Assembly (NCBI GenBank): GCA_009914755.4
Contig: CP086569.2
Span: forward strand, 22,944,001 to 23,008,000
DNA length: 64,000 bases
Direction of reading: 5' to 3'
Origin: the human T2T-CHM13v2.0 reference genome, Homo sapiens
The translations under genes and the position numbers were made by a program. The notes under the pieces were generated by a model, which did not search any database, had not been told where the DNA came from, and saw only the letters and a program-made list of their open reading frames with translations. Each line of letters opens with the position of its first letter. The first letter of the stretch is position 1. Below, in pieces: positions 1 to 12,630 of the stretch.

Positions 1-978
1 GATCAGTCAGCCTGCCTAACCAAGGAAAATGGTACAGGCAGAATCTGCCTGGTATCAGGAAAAAAGCAGCCTGTGAAAAACCATTGCTGGACCCAAAAAG
101 CCTCCATCTCAGGGCCCCTTTGTCTGTCTCTGTGGTTGGGTCTCACTGGAGGAGAAGGCGTTTTGAGACTGTGAGGTGGTTTCTGGAAACTACTCTTCTT
201 ACTCCATTCCCAAAAGAGGATGTGTGCCAGAATTGGGTCCCATGGAAATCGTTTTATAGTCTGGTGTGCTGTTGAGGGGTTTTTGGGTGATAGAATCTGA
301 CTTCGTTGAGGGATTTTTGGGTAAAAGAATCATACTTGAGACCCCAGAGGCAGTTGTCAGCAAAAGATGGCCGGGCACTTGACCTGTTCTTACACATCAG
401 ACAGGCCTCTCACTGCTGCAGATGACGTTGAGACAGTGTCTCAAATGCCATCTGTAGCGATGACAAGTCCGAATAGTATGTGCAGTAGTGCTGTTGAGGG
501 GCACTGTGGATTCCCCATGAAAGCAAAGAAAAATCTAGGCTCAAATGAGAGAACAAGCTGCCTTGTGCTGGAGTACAAGCAATGTTCAGTGATTCCTGTC
601 TGAGGACCCAAAATCCTCCTGCAAATTGCAAACAACCTCAGCCTTGCCAACGAGACAACAACCACAATGCGGAACCCATCCAGCCTACATGAATTCCCTT
701 TCACTCTCTAAAATCCCTGGCAGCTAATTCAACTGTAGTGAGAGGGATTCCCATCCAGGAAGAGCCCACTGAAAGAGCGCCTCCACAATGAGAAGGCCAT
801 GCAGATGAAATAAAACAAGCTAGATTATCAGGCAAAATCTAGACATGTTTGCCTGCTTCTCATCCTTCAGAAATCATGCAGCTTTCTGATACAAGTGGGA
901 GAACAGGAGTTTCTGTTTTGGTGGCTATAACACAAATTTACAGTTTTAAAAATATTAAAGCTGTGCAATCATTAAAAT
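1..978 (+). repeat. Array unit U0 (5'-truncated by window edge; internal ~150-bp deletion near 395)
   Basis: The window begins inside the unit at the 'gtcagcctgcctaaccaaggaaaatggtacagg' landmark. The unit ends at the next 'gtgacagtgtttagaaag' at 979. Confidence 0.8.
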
Positions 979-3900
979 GTGACAGTGTTTAGAAAGAACC
1001 ACTCACGCAATGGATTCTAATGAGGGTCGTTCTTCATGAGCTGGGAAATGTTTACTGTGGAATTTGTTAAGCCAGACCCAGGAAACCCTAGGCTGACAAG
1101 GGACATGGAAGTCAGGAAAAGAAGAGGCAAATGTGGAGACCACATCCCACCCAACATCAGAACATTCCACTCCCTTTTGGCTCCGTGTAGGAAAGGCCTC
1201 AAATCAAGAGCTTGCCAGCATGGTCCCAATTGGCACTCCCAATACTCCTTGCACATTGCAGAACTTCCACCTGAACATTGGGCCATGGTGTGGATTGCTT
1301 GTGCAATTAATGAAACGTGAGCATGGGGTTAGAAGCACCTCCTGTGTCATTTGTCTTCATTTTTATTGCAGGTGAAGTTGTGGGATCCCTTCCACTTCTC
1401 ATCAAATCATATCCTCACTCCAATCTCACCTTATTCCTTCTTATACTCAGTGTCCCAGGATGAAAACCCAAGATGATGGAGAAGTGCCCCTTCATAACAC
1501 AAAACACCTGCATAGCTGGAAACTGAATTCATGGTCAACTCAAGGGGACCTGCAGACAGGACTGCTAGTTCCTCTCCCTGGGTTGGATGCAGGACAATGA
1601 AACGGTAGCAGGTGTCCATTTTTTGGGTGTGGTGTGCTCTTCTTCTTTCTAGCAGAGTGGATTTTTATTTTTATTTTATGTTTATTAATTAATTTATTTA
1701 TTTATTTTTGCAGGGGGAGGGATTTGGACACCAGCAGGTCTCAGCCTGCCTCCCAATTCACTGTGGATTCATGATAACCAGAAAATTCAAAAACATGGAG
1801 CCCCACAGGCCAAGCAGAGCACACATAAAGGTCAAACAAAAGGTTTGGAGGCACAAAAAAAGAAGCGTTGTATTGCAGGATCTGGCCAGAAGCCCACAAT
1901 GCAATGGAGTTCTCTCTTTGTTCCTAGGTGGATTGGCAGGTTGAGAAATAATAGACACACACAAGATAGTGAAAGCTGGGTCCAGGGGGGTCACCGCTTT
2001 CTGGTCCTGTGGTGCCAACAATGCACTGGATATACCAGCATTTATTATTAAGTGTAGTGAGGGCAGGTGTAGGTTAGTGAGGGATTTAGGGTCATTTCAT
2101 TATAAGGTGAGATGGTCACATGGGGATGAAGTAATTCTTTAACATAGCATTTGTATGTACAAGTACAGTACATTTTTTATGTAGAAGTACAGTATACAGA
2201 GAGATAAGAATTTACAATATAGTGTGTGCATCAGTAATTTCTAACAGAGCCTTAGAACAGAAACACAGTCTTTCCATAACCTATGATTAGCAAGATATTA
2301 ATCAGCAGTAACAATTGCAACAAAGCTGGTTACAAACAATCCATGGAAACAAGATGTGAAGCTAGACAACCAGTTAGACCAGAAATTCTCAGAAAGGAGT
2401 ATGCCTTAACCCTAAAGAGGCCTAGAAGAGCCGTGGCAAGATGAGGGCATTTATAGCCTTATCTTATCCATATGGACAGGCGCCCCCCATGTGTCCATTT
2501 ATAGGCTCTCTATGAGGATTGCATTCCATTCCCAGAGCTACGGACATCTGCTTTTCTGGGACAGGAGTCTTGGTGATGTGAAACCTGACTGCATGTCCAT
2601 TCATAGGGTCTCTGCAGGGGGAAGCACATCACGTGCTGTTGGCTCATTCTGGCAGTCCAATCTGGCATTGTCTTTACACAATCCTGCATGCAACTTTGTA
2701 TTTACAATAATCAGGTCATTTCATCTTTTATTCTGTAGTAATAGTTTCATGGGGTCTCCCTACAGTGGTGAAGTGTGGTAGCCACATTTCTTTAAGAAGC
2801 CTGCACTTACAAGAGCACACACACACACAAAATCACGATGTGACACACACGTAGACTTCCAACACTCCCAACATTCCCACAGAAACACACAGTCTGGCAG
2901 CTCCTGAGGCTGTGTGGTTCTGCAGGAAGCCACATCTGGCATAGAGCAAGCCTGGGGAACACAGGCGGGCTGTAACTAGAAATCACAGTGGGGCAAGTTT
3001 CAAGAAGACTCACTCACACCTACAAGGTCTAGGCAGCCCTAAGGTATCCTGCAGATCCCTTTGGATTCCTAAACATTTTGTGGTTTATTCCTGGGGCTGT
3101 GCTTATGTTTCCTGACTCTGGCTCTCATCTGAAATCTCCTAGGATCATGGGACTATCCTGCGGATTCCACAGAGAAGACAGGCAACAGTCCACCATTGAC
3201 GAACCTCTACAAAGGTCTCCTTCTCTGCCAAGAGGAAGGTACTTGTCTCTAGGCAATGGTGACATTCTTTGTGATGCTAGCTAGAGCTCACAATCTGGCC
3301 TGGAGACTAGTGTATGTGCATTTGTGAAGTAGGCTCAGGCACCCAGCTCTCAGAACTGTCAGCCTTCCTAAGCAGAGAAAAATGGTAGAGGCAGAGCTGG
3401 CCTACCATCAGGAAAAATGTTGCTTGTCAAAAACCACTTCAGGACTCCAAAACTCTCAGCCTCAGGGCCCCTTCAGGCATCTTCTGTGGTCAGGTCCTGC
3501 TGGAGGAGGAGGTGTTTCAAAACTGTGAGGTTGTCACTGGAAACTGCTCTTCCAGCTTCATTCCCATAGAAGGCTGTGTGCCAGAATCGAATACCATGGG
3601 GAATGGAATCTAGTCCAGTGTGTTGTTGAGGGTTGTTTGGGTGATAGAATCATACTTAAACCCCAGAGGCAGCTATCAATGAAAGATGGCCGGATTCTTG
3701 ACCTCACTGTCTCCCTTCATCCTGGGTCTTTTAATAGTTCTTTGGGAAATGAAGGAACCATAACAAAGCCAAGTCCAATGTGGAGCAGTACTTTGGGCTG
3801 GCCTCTCATGGATGCAGATAAAATTGAGACCGTGTCTCAGAGGTTGCCTGTGGTGATGGCAAGCCTGACAAAACTGTCCAGTGGTGCTATTGAGGGAAAC

Positions 3901-4375
3901 TATGGATTCAAAATGAAAGCAAATGAAAATCAATACTGGCCTGAGAGAATGGGCTGCCTTGTGCTGGAGCCCAAGAAATGTTCAATATTTCCTGTCAGAG
4001 GACCCAAAACCCTGCTGCAAAGTGCAAACAACCTCAGTCACCACAATGAGATAACGACCCAAACCTGCAGCGCAGCCAGCCTGCCCAAAGACCTTTTTGC
4101 TTTATGAAATCCCTGGCAGCTAAATAATTTGTGATGAGAGGCAGCCCAATACAGCAGCAGCCCAATAAAAAAACACTTCCACAATGAGAAGGTGGTGCAG
4201 ATGAGACGAAACAAAGGCTAGATTACCAGACAAAAGCCAGACATGGCTGCCTGATTTTCATTCTTCAGAAATCATGCAGCCCTCCAATGGAAGAGGGAGA
4301 ACAAGAGTTTTCTTGTTGGTGGCTGTAATGAGAATTTATAGTTTTAAAAGTGTCTAAGATTCCCAGTCATTAAAA
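979..4375 (+). repeat. Array unit U1 (3.4 kb; enlarged by ~0.94-kb insertion at 1838-2775)
   Basis: Unit landmarks appear in the normal order. Between 'caaaaaaagaagcg' and 'gtagccacatttctttaag' there is about 940 bp of unrelated sequence found in no other unit. Confidence 0.85.
1838..2775. mobile_element. Unit-specific ~0.94-kb insertion, possibly a solo LTR or other interspersed element (begins 'tgtattgcagg', ends 'tccctaca')
   Basis: It is present only in U1. It begins TG and ends CA, and the flanks 'gaagcg' and 'gaagtg' could be an imperfect target-site duplication. I cannot assign a family from sequence alone. Confidence 0.35.
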
Positions 4376-6808
4376 TGTGACTGTGAGAAGGAAACACTCC
4401 TGCAATGGATTCCCATGAGGGTTGCTCTCTTTGAACTGGGTAATGTTTAGTGTGGAAATTCTTGAGCCAGTCATAGAAAATGCTAGGCCAATGATGAACA
4501 TGGAAGTCAGGAAAAGAAGAGGCAAATCTAGGGGCCACATCACACAGAGCACCAATGCATTCCGCTCCCATTTGGCTCTGGATATGAAAGCCCTCATATA
4601 AGGAGTTTGTCAGAATGGCCCTAATTTACATACCAAAAGTTCCTGGTAGGTTGGAGTACTTGCACCAGAAACCAGGTCATGGTGTGGACAGCTGGTGCAA
4701 TTAAGGGAATGCGGGGATGGTGTTGGAAGCACCTTCTGTGTCATCTGTCTTCCTTTTTATTTTTGCAGGTTAAGTTGTGGGACTCCATCCACCCCTCAGC
4801 AGGTTTTATACTCACCGCATCTGACCTTATTTCTGCTCACATTCTATGTCACAGGATAAAATCCCAAGACAATGGAAGTGGACCCCTTCATGACATGAAG
4901 CACGTGATCGAATTCAAGGTAAATTCAAGGTGCCCTGCAGACAGGACTGCTAGTGTCTCCCCCTTGGTTGGCCACAGGATGATAAAACACTGGGATATGT
5001 TCGTTTTTTGTGTGTGTGGTGTGCTCCTCATCTTTCTAGAGAGGGCCTTTTTTTTCAGGGGGAGGTAATTTGGATGCTGGGGGGTCTCAGGCCACCTCCC
5101 AATTCACTAAGGATTCATGATCAACAGAAAAATAAAGAACATGGAGCCCTGCAGCTCCAGCAGAGCCACATAGACAGGCCAAGAAAAGATAGGAATCTAA
5201 AAAACAAAAAAAAAAAAGAAGCACTGAAGTGTGTTAGCCCCATTCCTTTAAGGTGGCTCCACTTATGGGCACACACACACACAAACACACACAGACACAC
5301 ACACCCACACATCCAACATTTGCAACACTCCCACAGAAACACACAGCCTGGCAGCTCTAGAGGCTGCATGGTTCTTCATGAAGCCCTACCTGGGAGACTG
5401 CAATCCTGGGGAAAAAATGGGGGCTGTACTAGTTATCACAGTGGGGCAGTTTCTAGGAGACTCATTTCTACAACAATTTCATGGACCTGATAAATCCTGC
5501 AAATGCTTTTGGATCTTTGGGGATTTCACAGTTTATTCCTTGGGCTGTGCTTGAAGTTTTTCAGACTGGCTCATGCCTGTCCTCTCTTAGGATCTTGGGA
5601 CTATCCCATGGATCCCACAGTGAAGACAGGCAAGAGTACACCACTGATGCACCTTCACAGAGGCCTCTTTCTCAGCCAAGCAGCAGGGACTTGTCACTAG
5701 GCAACGATGACATTTAATGTGACACTAGCCAAAGCTCACAATCAGGCCTGGTGCCCTGAGACAAGTGTATGCATATTTGTGAGGTCAGTTTGGGAACTCT
5801 TCTGTCAGAGCTGTCAGCCTGCCTTAGCAGAAAAAGGGTACAGGCAGAGCCAGTTTGGTATCATGAAAAAGGCTGCTTGAGAAAATCCACTCTGGGACAT
5901 TAAGAGTCTCAACCTCAGGGCCCCTTTTGGCCATCCCCATTTTCAGGTTTCTCTGGAGGGGGAGGTGTTTCAAGACTGTGAGTTAGTTCTGTAAACTGCC
6001 CTTCTGAATCCATTTTCAAAAGAGGTTGTGTGCAAGAATCAGCTCACATGGGGATTGGAATATTGTGTGGCGTGTTGTTGAGAACTCAGATGCAGGTGTC
6101 AGTGAAAGATGGCTGTTTTCTTGACCTCACGGCCTCCCTTCATCCTGGTCTTTGCAGGGGCTCTCTGTGAAAGGCAGGAACCACGACAAAGGCAAGTCCA
6201 AAGTAAAGCAGTGTTCTGACACCTGGGACTGGCCTCTCACGGGTGCAGATGACGTTGAGACAGAGTCTCAGAGGCTGTTTCTGGTTATGGCAAATCTGAA
6301 AAGGGTGTCCAGTACTATTGTTGAGGAGCACTGTGGATTCCGCATGAAAGCAAAGAAAAATCAACTCTCACCTGAAAGAATGAGCTGCCTTGTGCTGGAG
6401 TCCAAGCAGTGTTCAATGACTCATTTCAGAGGACCCAAAAGCCTCCGACAAAGTGCAAACAACCTCAACACCCACAGCAAGACAACGACACATAACCTGG
6501 ATCTCAGCCAACCCACCTGAAGTCCCTTTGGCTCTCAGAAATCTCTGGCAGCTAAATAATCTGTGGCAAGAAGCCATTCCATCCAGCAACAGCCCAATGA
6601 ATTAGCCCCTCCATAATGGGACAGCCATGCAGAAGAAATAAAACAGAAGCTAGATTACCAGGCAAAAGCCAGAAATGGCTGCCTGCTTCTCATCCTACAG
6701 GAATCCTGTAGCCCTCGATAGAAGTGGGAGAACAAGAGTTTCCTTACTGTTGGCAGTAATGGGCATTTATGTTTTTAAAAGTATCAAATCTCCCCAGTAT
6801 TTAAAACA
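4376..6808 (+). repeat. Array unit U2 (2.43 kb)
   Basis: Full set of unit landmarks. The exon-like block is at 4769-4918. Confidence 0.85.
4769..4918 (+). ncRNA. Example of unit-embedded exon-like segment: (Y)n-AG acceptor at 4768, alternative internal acceptor at 4854, consensus donor AAG|GTAAAT at 4918; no ORF in any frame
   Basis: The splice signals are 'tttttgcag|gttaagttg...' and '...gaattcaag|gtaaattcaagg'. The same signal-flanked block sits at the same unit position in almost every unit. All six frames contain stops. Confidence 0.35.
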
Positions 6809-9282
6809 TGATAGTGTATAGAAGGAAACATTCACGCAATGGATTCTTATGGGGCTTGTTCTTAGTTAACTGGGAAATGTTTAGTATGGAAGTCATTGAG
6901 CCAGACCCAGGAAACCATATGCCAATGAGAAACATGAAAGTCATGAAAAGAAGAGGCAAGTCTGGAGGCCACATCCCACCCAGCATCAATCCATTCCATT
7001 CCCATTTGACTCCAGGTAAGAAAGCCCTCAAATCAGGAGTTTTCCAGGATGGCCCAAATTTGCACTCCAAATAGTTCTTTTGCTTTGGAATACTCCCACC
7101 TGAATACTGGGCCATGGTGAGGACTGCTTGTGCAATTAAAGTGACGGAAATGGAATTGAAAGCTCCTTTTGTGTCGCCTGTATTCATAGTTTTTTGCAGA
7201 TGGAGTTGCAGAACCCCATCCAAACCTTACCAGATTGTGTCCTCACCCGTATCTGACTTTATTGCTGTCACACTCTCTGTTCCAGCATGAAATCTCAAGT
7301 TGATGGAGGAGTGCACCCACAGGACATGAAGCACCTTCTTGGCTGGAAACTGAATTCTGGGTAAATTCAAGAGGTTATGGGGACCAGAGTGCTACTGTCT
7401 CTGGGTTGGCTGCATTATAGTGAAACATTGGGAGCTATCTGTTCTTGGGTGTGATGCTCTCCTCTTCTTTCTAGAGGAGTGCCTTTTTTTTTCAGGGGCA
7501 GATAATGGGGAACCCAGCTTGTCACAGACTGCTTAACTAGTCATTGCTGATTCATGATCCACAGAAAAATAAAGAACAGGGAGCACCACAGTCCAAGCAG
7601 AGACACACAGACAGGCCACCAAAAGGTTGGGAGAATAAAAAATAAAAAAGCACTGCAGTGTGTTAGTTACATTCCTTTAAGCCGAATTCACTTACATGCA
7701 CACACACAGACACACACACATAAACACATAAAGCCACACACACATGCAGACATCCAACACTTGCAATACTCCCGCAGTAACACACAGCCCAGTAGCTTCT
7801 GAGGCTGCTTCATTCTGCAGGAAGCCCCTCCTGGGAGAGAGAAAGCTTGGAAAACAAAGGAAGGCTAAACTTAGAAATTACAGTGGGACACATTTCAATA
7901 AGACAAACTGCTACAATGTCTAGGCAGGCCTGAAGAATTCTGCAGATCCTTTTGGATCTGTACGGATTTTGTGCTTTATTCCTGGGGCTCTGCTTGACAT
8001 TTCTTCAGGCAGGCTCACATCTGCCCTCTCCTAGGATCATGGGACTAGCCCATGGATCCCACGGAGAAGACAGGTGAGAGTCTACTGCCGATGCACCTCC
8101 ACAGAGATCTCCTTCTCCATCAAGCCAAAGAGAATTGTCACTAGGCAAAGGTGGCATTCATTGTAATGCTAGCCAGAGCTCGCAGCTCAGGCCCATTGCC
8201 CTAAGACTAGCACATCCACATTAGTGACTCAAATTAGAGCACCAGGGTGTCAGGGCTGTCAGCCTGCCTAAGCAGAGGAAAATGGTACACACAGAGTTGG
8301 CCTGGTATCAGGAAAAAGGCTGCCTGTGATAACCCATTGCAGGATCCTAAAAGTCTCAACCTTAGGGCCCTTATACGCTGTCTCCATGGTCAGGTCACAC
8401 TGGAGGCAGAGCCATTTCAAGACTGTGAGGTTGTCACTGGAAACTACTCTTCTGACTCCATTCCTGAAAGAGGCTTTGTGCAAGAATCCTGTCCCATGGG
8501 GATTGGAATATATTACGGTGAGATGTTGAGGGTTCTTTGGGTGATGGGCTCTTACTTGAAATACCAGAAAAAAGTTGTCAGTGAAAGATGGCCTGGCCTT
8601 GACCTCACTGCATTCCTTCATTCTGGGTTGCTCAGGTGCTATCTGGGAAAAGCAGGAACCATGACAAAGGCACGTCCAAATTGAAGCAATGTTCTCAGAC
8701 CTCGAACTGGTCTCTCACAGGTGCAGATGAGGTTCAGACAGTGTCTCAGAGGCCACCTGTGGAGATTGCAATCCTGAAAAGTGTATCCAGTAGTGTGGTT
8801 GAGGGGCAATGTGAATCCCCCATGAAAGCCAAGAAACATCAAGCATCACCTGAAAGAAAGAGCTGACTTGTGCTGGGGTCCAAGCAACATTTCCATATTC
8901 CTGTCACAGAAAGAAGAAGCCTCTTTCAAAATGCAAACAACCTCAGCTCCCACAAGATAATGATTGAAAACCCAACGTGCAGCCAGTCTACTCTACAACG
9001 ATTTTTCTTCCTGAAATTCCTGGCAACGAAAATATCTGTGGCAAGAGGCAGTCCCATCCAGCAACAGGCCAATGAAAGAGCCCATCCACAAAGAGAAGGA
9101 TGAGCAGATGAAATGAAGCAGAGGCTATATTACCAGGCTAAATCTAGACACGGCTGCCTGCTTCTCATCATACAGGAATCATTCAGCCCTCTGATAACAG
9201 AGGGAAAAGAAGAGTTTCCTTGTTGGTGGCTGTAATGGGAATTTACCGTTTAAAGGTATCAAAGCTGCCCAGTCATTAAAAT
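6809..9282 (+). repeat. Array unit U3 (2.47 kb)
   Basis: Full set of unit landmarks. Confidence 0.85.
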
Positions 9283-11691
9283 GTGAAAGTGTTTAGAAGA
9301 AAACACTCACTCAATGGATTTCCATGAAGGTTGTTCTCCATGAACTAGGAAACATTTAGTGTAACAGTTGTTGAGGCAAACCCAGGAAACCACAGGTCAA
9401 TGAGGAACATGCAAGTCAGGAAAAGAAGAGGCAAGTTTGGAAGCCACATCCCACCCAACATCAATTCATTCCAGTCGCATTTGGCTCTCAGATTGAAATC
9501 CTTCAAATCAGAAGTTTGCCAGGATGTCCCCAATTTGCACTCAAAATGTTCCTTGCACGTTGCTGTGCTCCAATCTGAAGCTGAGTTATGGTGTGGACTA
9601 CTTCCGCAATTAAGGGAATGAGGGGATGGAGTTGGAATCACCTTCTGTGTCATCTGTCTTCATTTTTTTTTTCAGATGAAGTTCTGGGGCTCCCTCCACC
9701 CATCACCAGATTGTATCCTCACTCCTATCTGACCTTATTCCTGCTCATACTGTATGTCCTGGGATGAATGCCCAGATGATGGAGGAGTGCCCTCTCATGA
9801 CCTGAAGAACCTGCTCAGCAGTGAAACTGAATTCGTGGTATGCCCGTTTTTTGGTGTGGTGTGCTCCTCTTCATTCTAGAAGGGTGGCTTTTTTTTTTTT
9901 TTTTTTGCAGTGGCAGGTGACTTGGACACTGGCAGGTCTCAGCCCACCTCTCAGTTCACTGCGGATTCATGATCCACAGAAAAATAAATAACATGGAGCC
10001 CCACAGCCCAAGCAGAGCCACACAGACAGGCCACCAAAAGTTTGCAAGACTCAAAAAAAACCAAGCGCTGAAGTGTAGTAGCCACATTCTTTAAGCAAAC
10101 TCCACTTACAAACACACACACACACACACAAAACAATGTCACACACCCATGCCAACATCCAACTCTCACAACACTCTTTCAGAAACACAGTTTGTCAGCT
10201 CCTGTGGTTTTGTGGTTCTGCAAGAAGCTAACCTGGGATAGGCAACCCCAGGGAATACAGGTGGGCTGTTCCTAGAAATCACAGTGCTGCAACTTTCAAA
10301 AAGACTCACACCTACAAAGTCTAGGCAGGCCTAAGTTATCCTTCAGATTTTTTTGGATCCTTAGGGATTTTGAGGTTTATTCCTCGTGCTGTGGTTGACG
10401 TTTCTTCAGGACGGCTCTCATTTGCCCTCTCATAGGCTCATGGGACTATCCTGTGGATTCCACAGAGAAGACAGATGAGAGTTCACCAACCACGCAGCTC
10501 CATGTATGTCTTTTTCTCTGCCAAGATGAAGGGACTTGTCACTAGCCAGCAATGACAATCATTGGGATGCTCACTAAAGCTCAGTAACAGTCTTGGTGCC
10601 CTGAGACTTGTGCATGCACATTCATGAGGCAGGCAGGCTTGGGCACCTGGCTGTCAGACCTGTCAGCCTACCAAAGCAGAGGAAAATAATACAGGCAGAG
10701 CTGGCCGGTATTGAGAAAAATGCTGCCTGTGAAAACCCACTGCAGGACCCTAAAACTCTCAATCTAAAGACCCTTTCTGGCCATCTCTCTGGTCAGGTCC
10801 TACTGGAGGAGGAGGTGTTTCCAGACTGTGAGGTGGTCACTGGAAACCTTCTGAATCCATTCCCAAAAGAGGCTGTGTGCCAGAAATGGGTCCCATGGTG
10901 ATTGGAATATTGTCTGGTGTGTTGTTGAGGGTTCTTTAAGTGATAGATTCATACCTGAGACCCCAGTGGTGGATGTGAGCAAAAGATAGCCTGGCACTTG
11001 ACCTCATTGCCTCCCTTTATTTTGGGCCTTTCAGGGGCCCTCTTTGAAAAGCAGGAACCACGGCAAGGCAAGTCAAAGGTAAAGCAGTGTTCTCACACCT
11101 CATACTGGCCTCTCAGGGGTGCTGATGAGATTCAGATGGTGTCTCAGAGGATATATGTGGTGATGGCAACTCTGAAGAAGGGTGTCCAGTAGTGCTGTTG
11201 AGGGGCACTGTTGAATCCCCATGAAAGCAAAAAAAAAAAAAAAATTCACTGCTCACCTGAGAGAACAAGCTTCCCTGTGCTGGAGTCCAAGTAATGTTCA
11301 ATAATTCCTGTCAGAGGACCCAAAATCCTCCTGGAAAATGTAAACAACCTCAGCTCCCACAATGAGAAAAGCACCACAAGCTAGAGTGCAGCCAGCCTAC
11401 CCAAAGTCCCTTTTGCTCTCTCAAATCCCTGGCAGCCAAAAGATGTGTGGTGAGGGGCAGTTCCATTCAGCAACAGCCCAGTGAAAGAGACCCTCCCCAA
11501 TTAGAAGGCCATGCAGACAAGGTGAAACAGAGGCTAGATTACAAGGTCAAAGCAGACATGGCTGTCTTCTTCTCACTTTTCGGGAATCATTCAGCCCTCT
11601 GATAGAAATGGGTGAACAACAGTTTCCTTATGATGGCTGTAATGAGAATTTATGGTTTTAAAAAATTCAAAGCTGCACAGTCATTGACACA
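9283..11691 (+). repeat. Array unit U4 (2.41 kb)
   Basis: Full set of unit landmarks. It has a small deletion after the exon-like block, near 9840. Confidence 0.85.
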
Positions 11692-12595
11692 TGACAGTGT
11701 TTAGAAAGAGGCAGTAAGACAGTGAATTTTCATAAGGCCCATTCTCTGTGAATTCTGAAATGTTTAGTGTGGAAGTCGTTGAGTCAGACCCTAGGCTCAG
11801 CCTAGGAAATCCTAGGCTGATGAGGAACATGGAAGTCAGAAAAGAAGAGGCCAGTGTGGAGGCCACATCCCACACAGCATCAACCCATTCCACTCCCATT
11901 TGCCTCTGGGTGTAAAAGGCCTCAAATCCAGGGTTTACCAAGATGGCTTCAATTTGCAGTCCAAATGTTTTTTGCACATTAGAGTACTCCCACCTGAACA
12001 CTGGGCCAAGGTATGGACAGCTTGTGTAATTAAGGAAATGCAGGGATGGAGTTTAAAGAAGGATCTTTGTCATTTGTATTTATTTTTTTTTTGCAGATGA
12101 ATTTGCAGAGCCCCATCCACTCCTCACCAGATTGTATCCTCACCCATATCTGAATTTCTCCCTGCTCATATTCTATGTCCCAGGATGATATCCCAAGACA
12201 AAGGAGGAGTGCCCCATCATGACATGAAGAACCGCTCAGCTGGGAGCCAAATTCGATGTAAATTCAGGGGTTTCTGCAGAGGACTGCTAGTGTTTCTTTC
12301 TGGGTGGGACACAGGACAATGAAACACTGGGAGATGTCTGTTTTTTGGTGTGGTGTGCTTCTCTTCTTTACAGAAGTGTGGTTTTCTTTGCAGGGGCAGG
12401 TGATTTGGACATTGGCAGGTCTCTGCCCACCTCTCAATTTGCTGCAGACTCATGATCCACACAAAAATAAATAACACAAAGCCTCACAACTGAAGCAGAG
12501 CCACACAGACAGGCCAACAAATGATTGGGAGACTCAAAAAAGATGAAGCCCTGGAGTGTGTTTGCCACATTCCTTTAAGCAGAAGTGACTTACAG

Positions 12596-12630
<35 letters not shown>

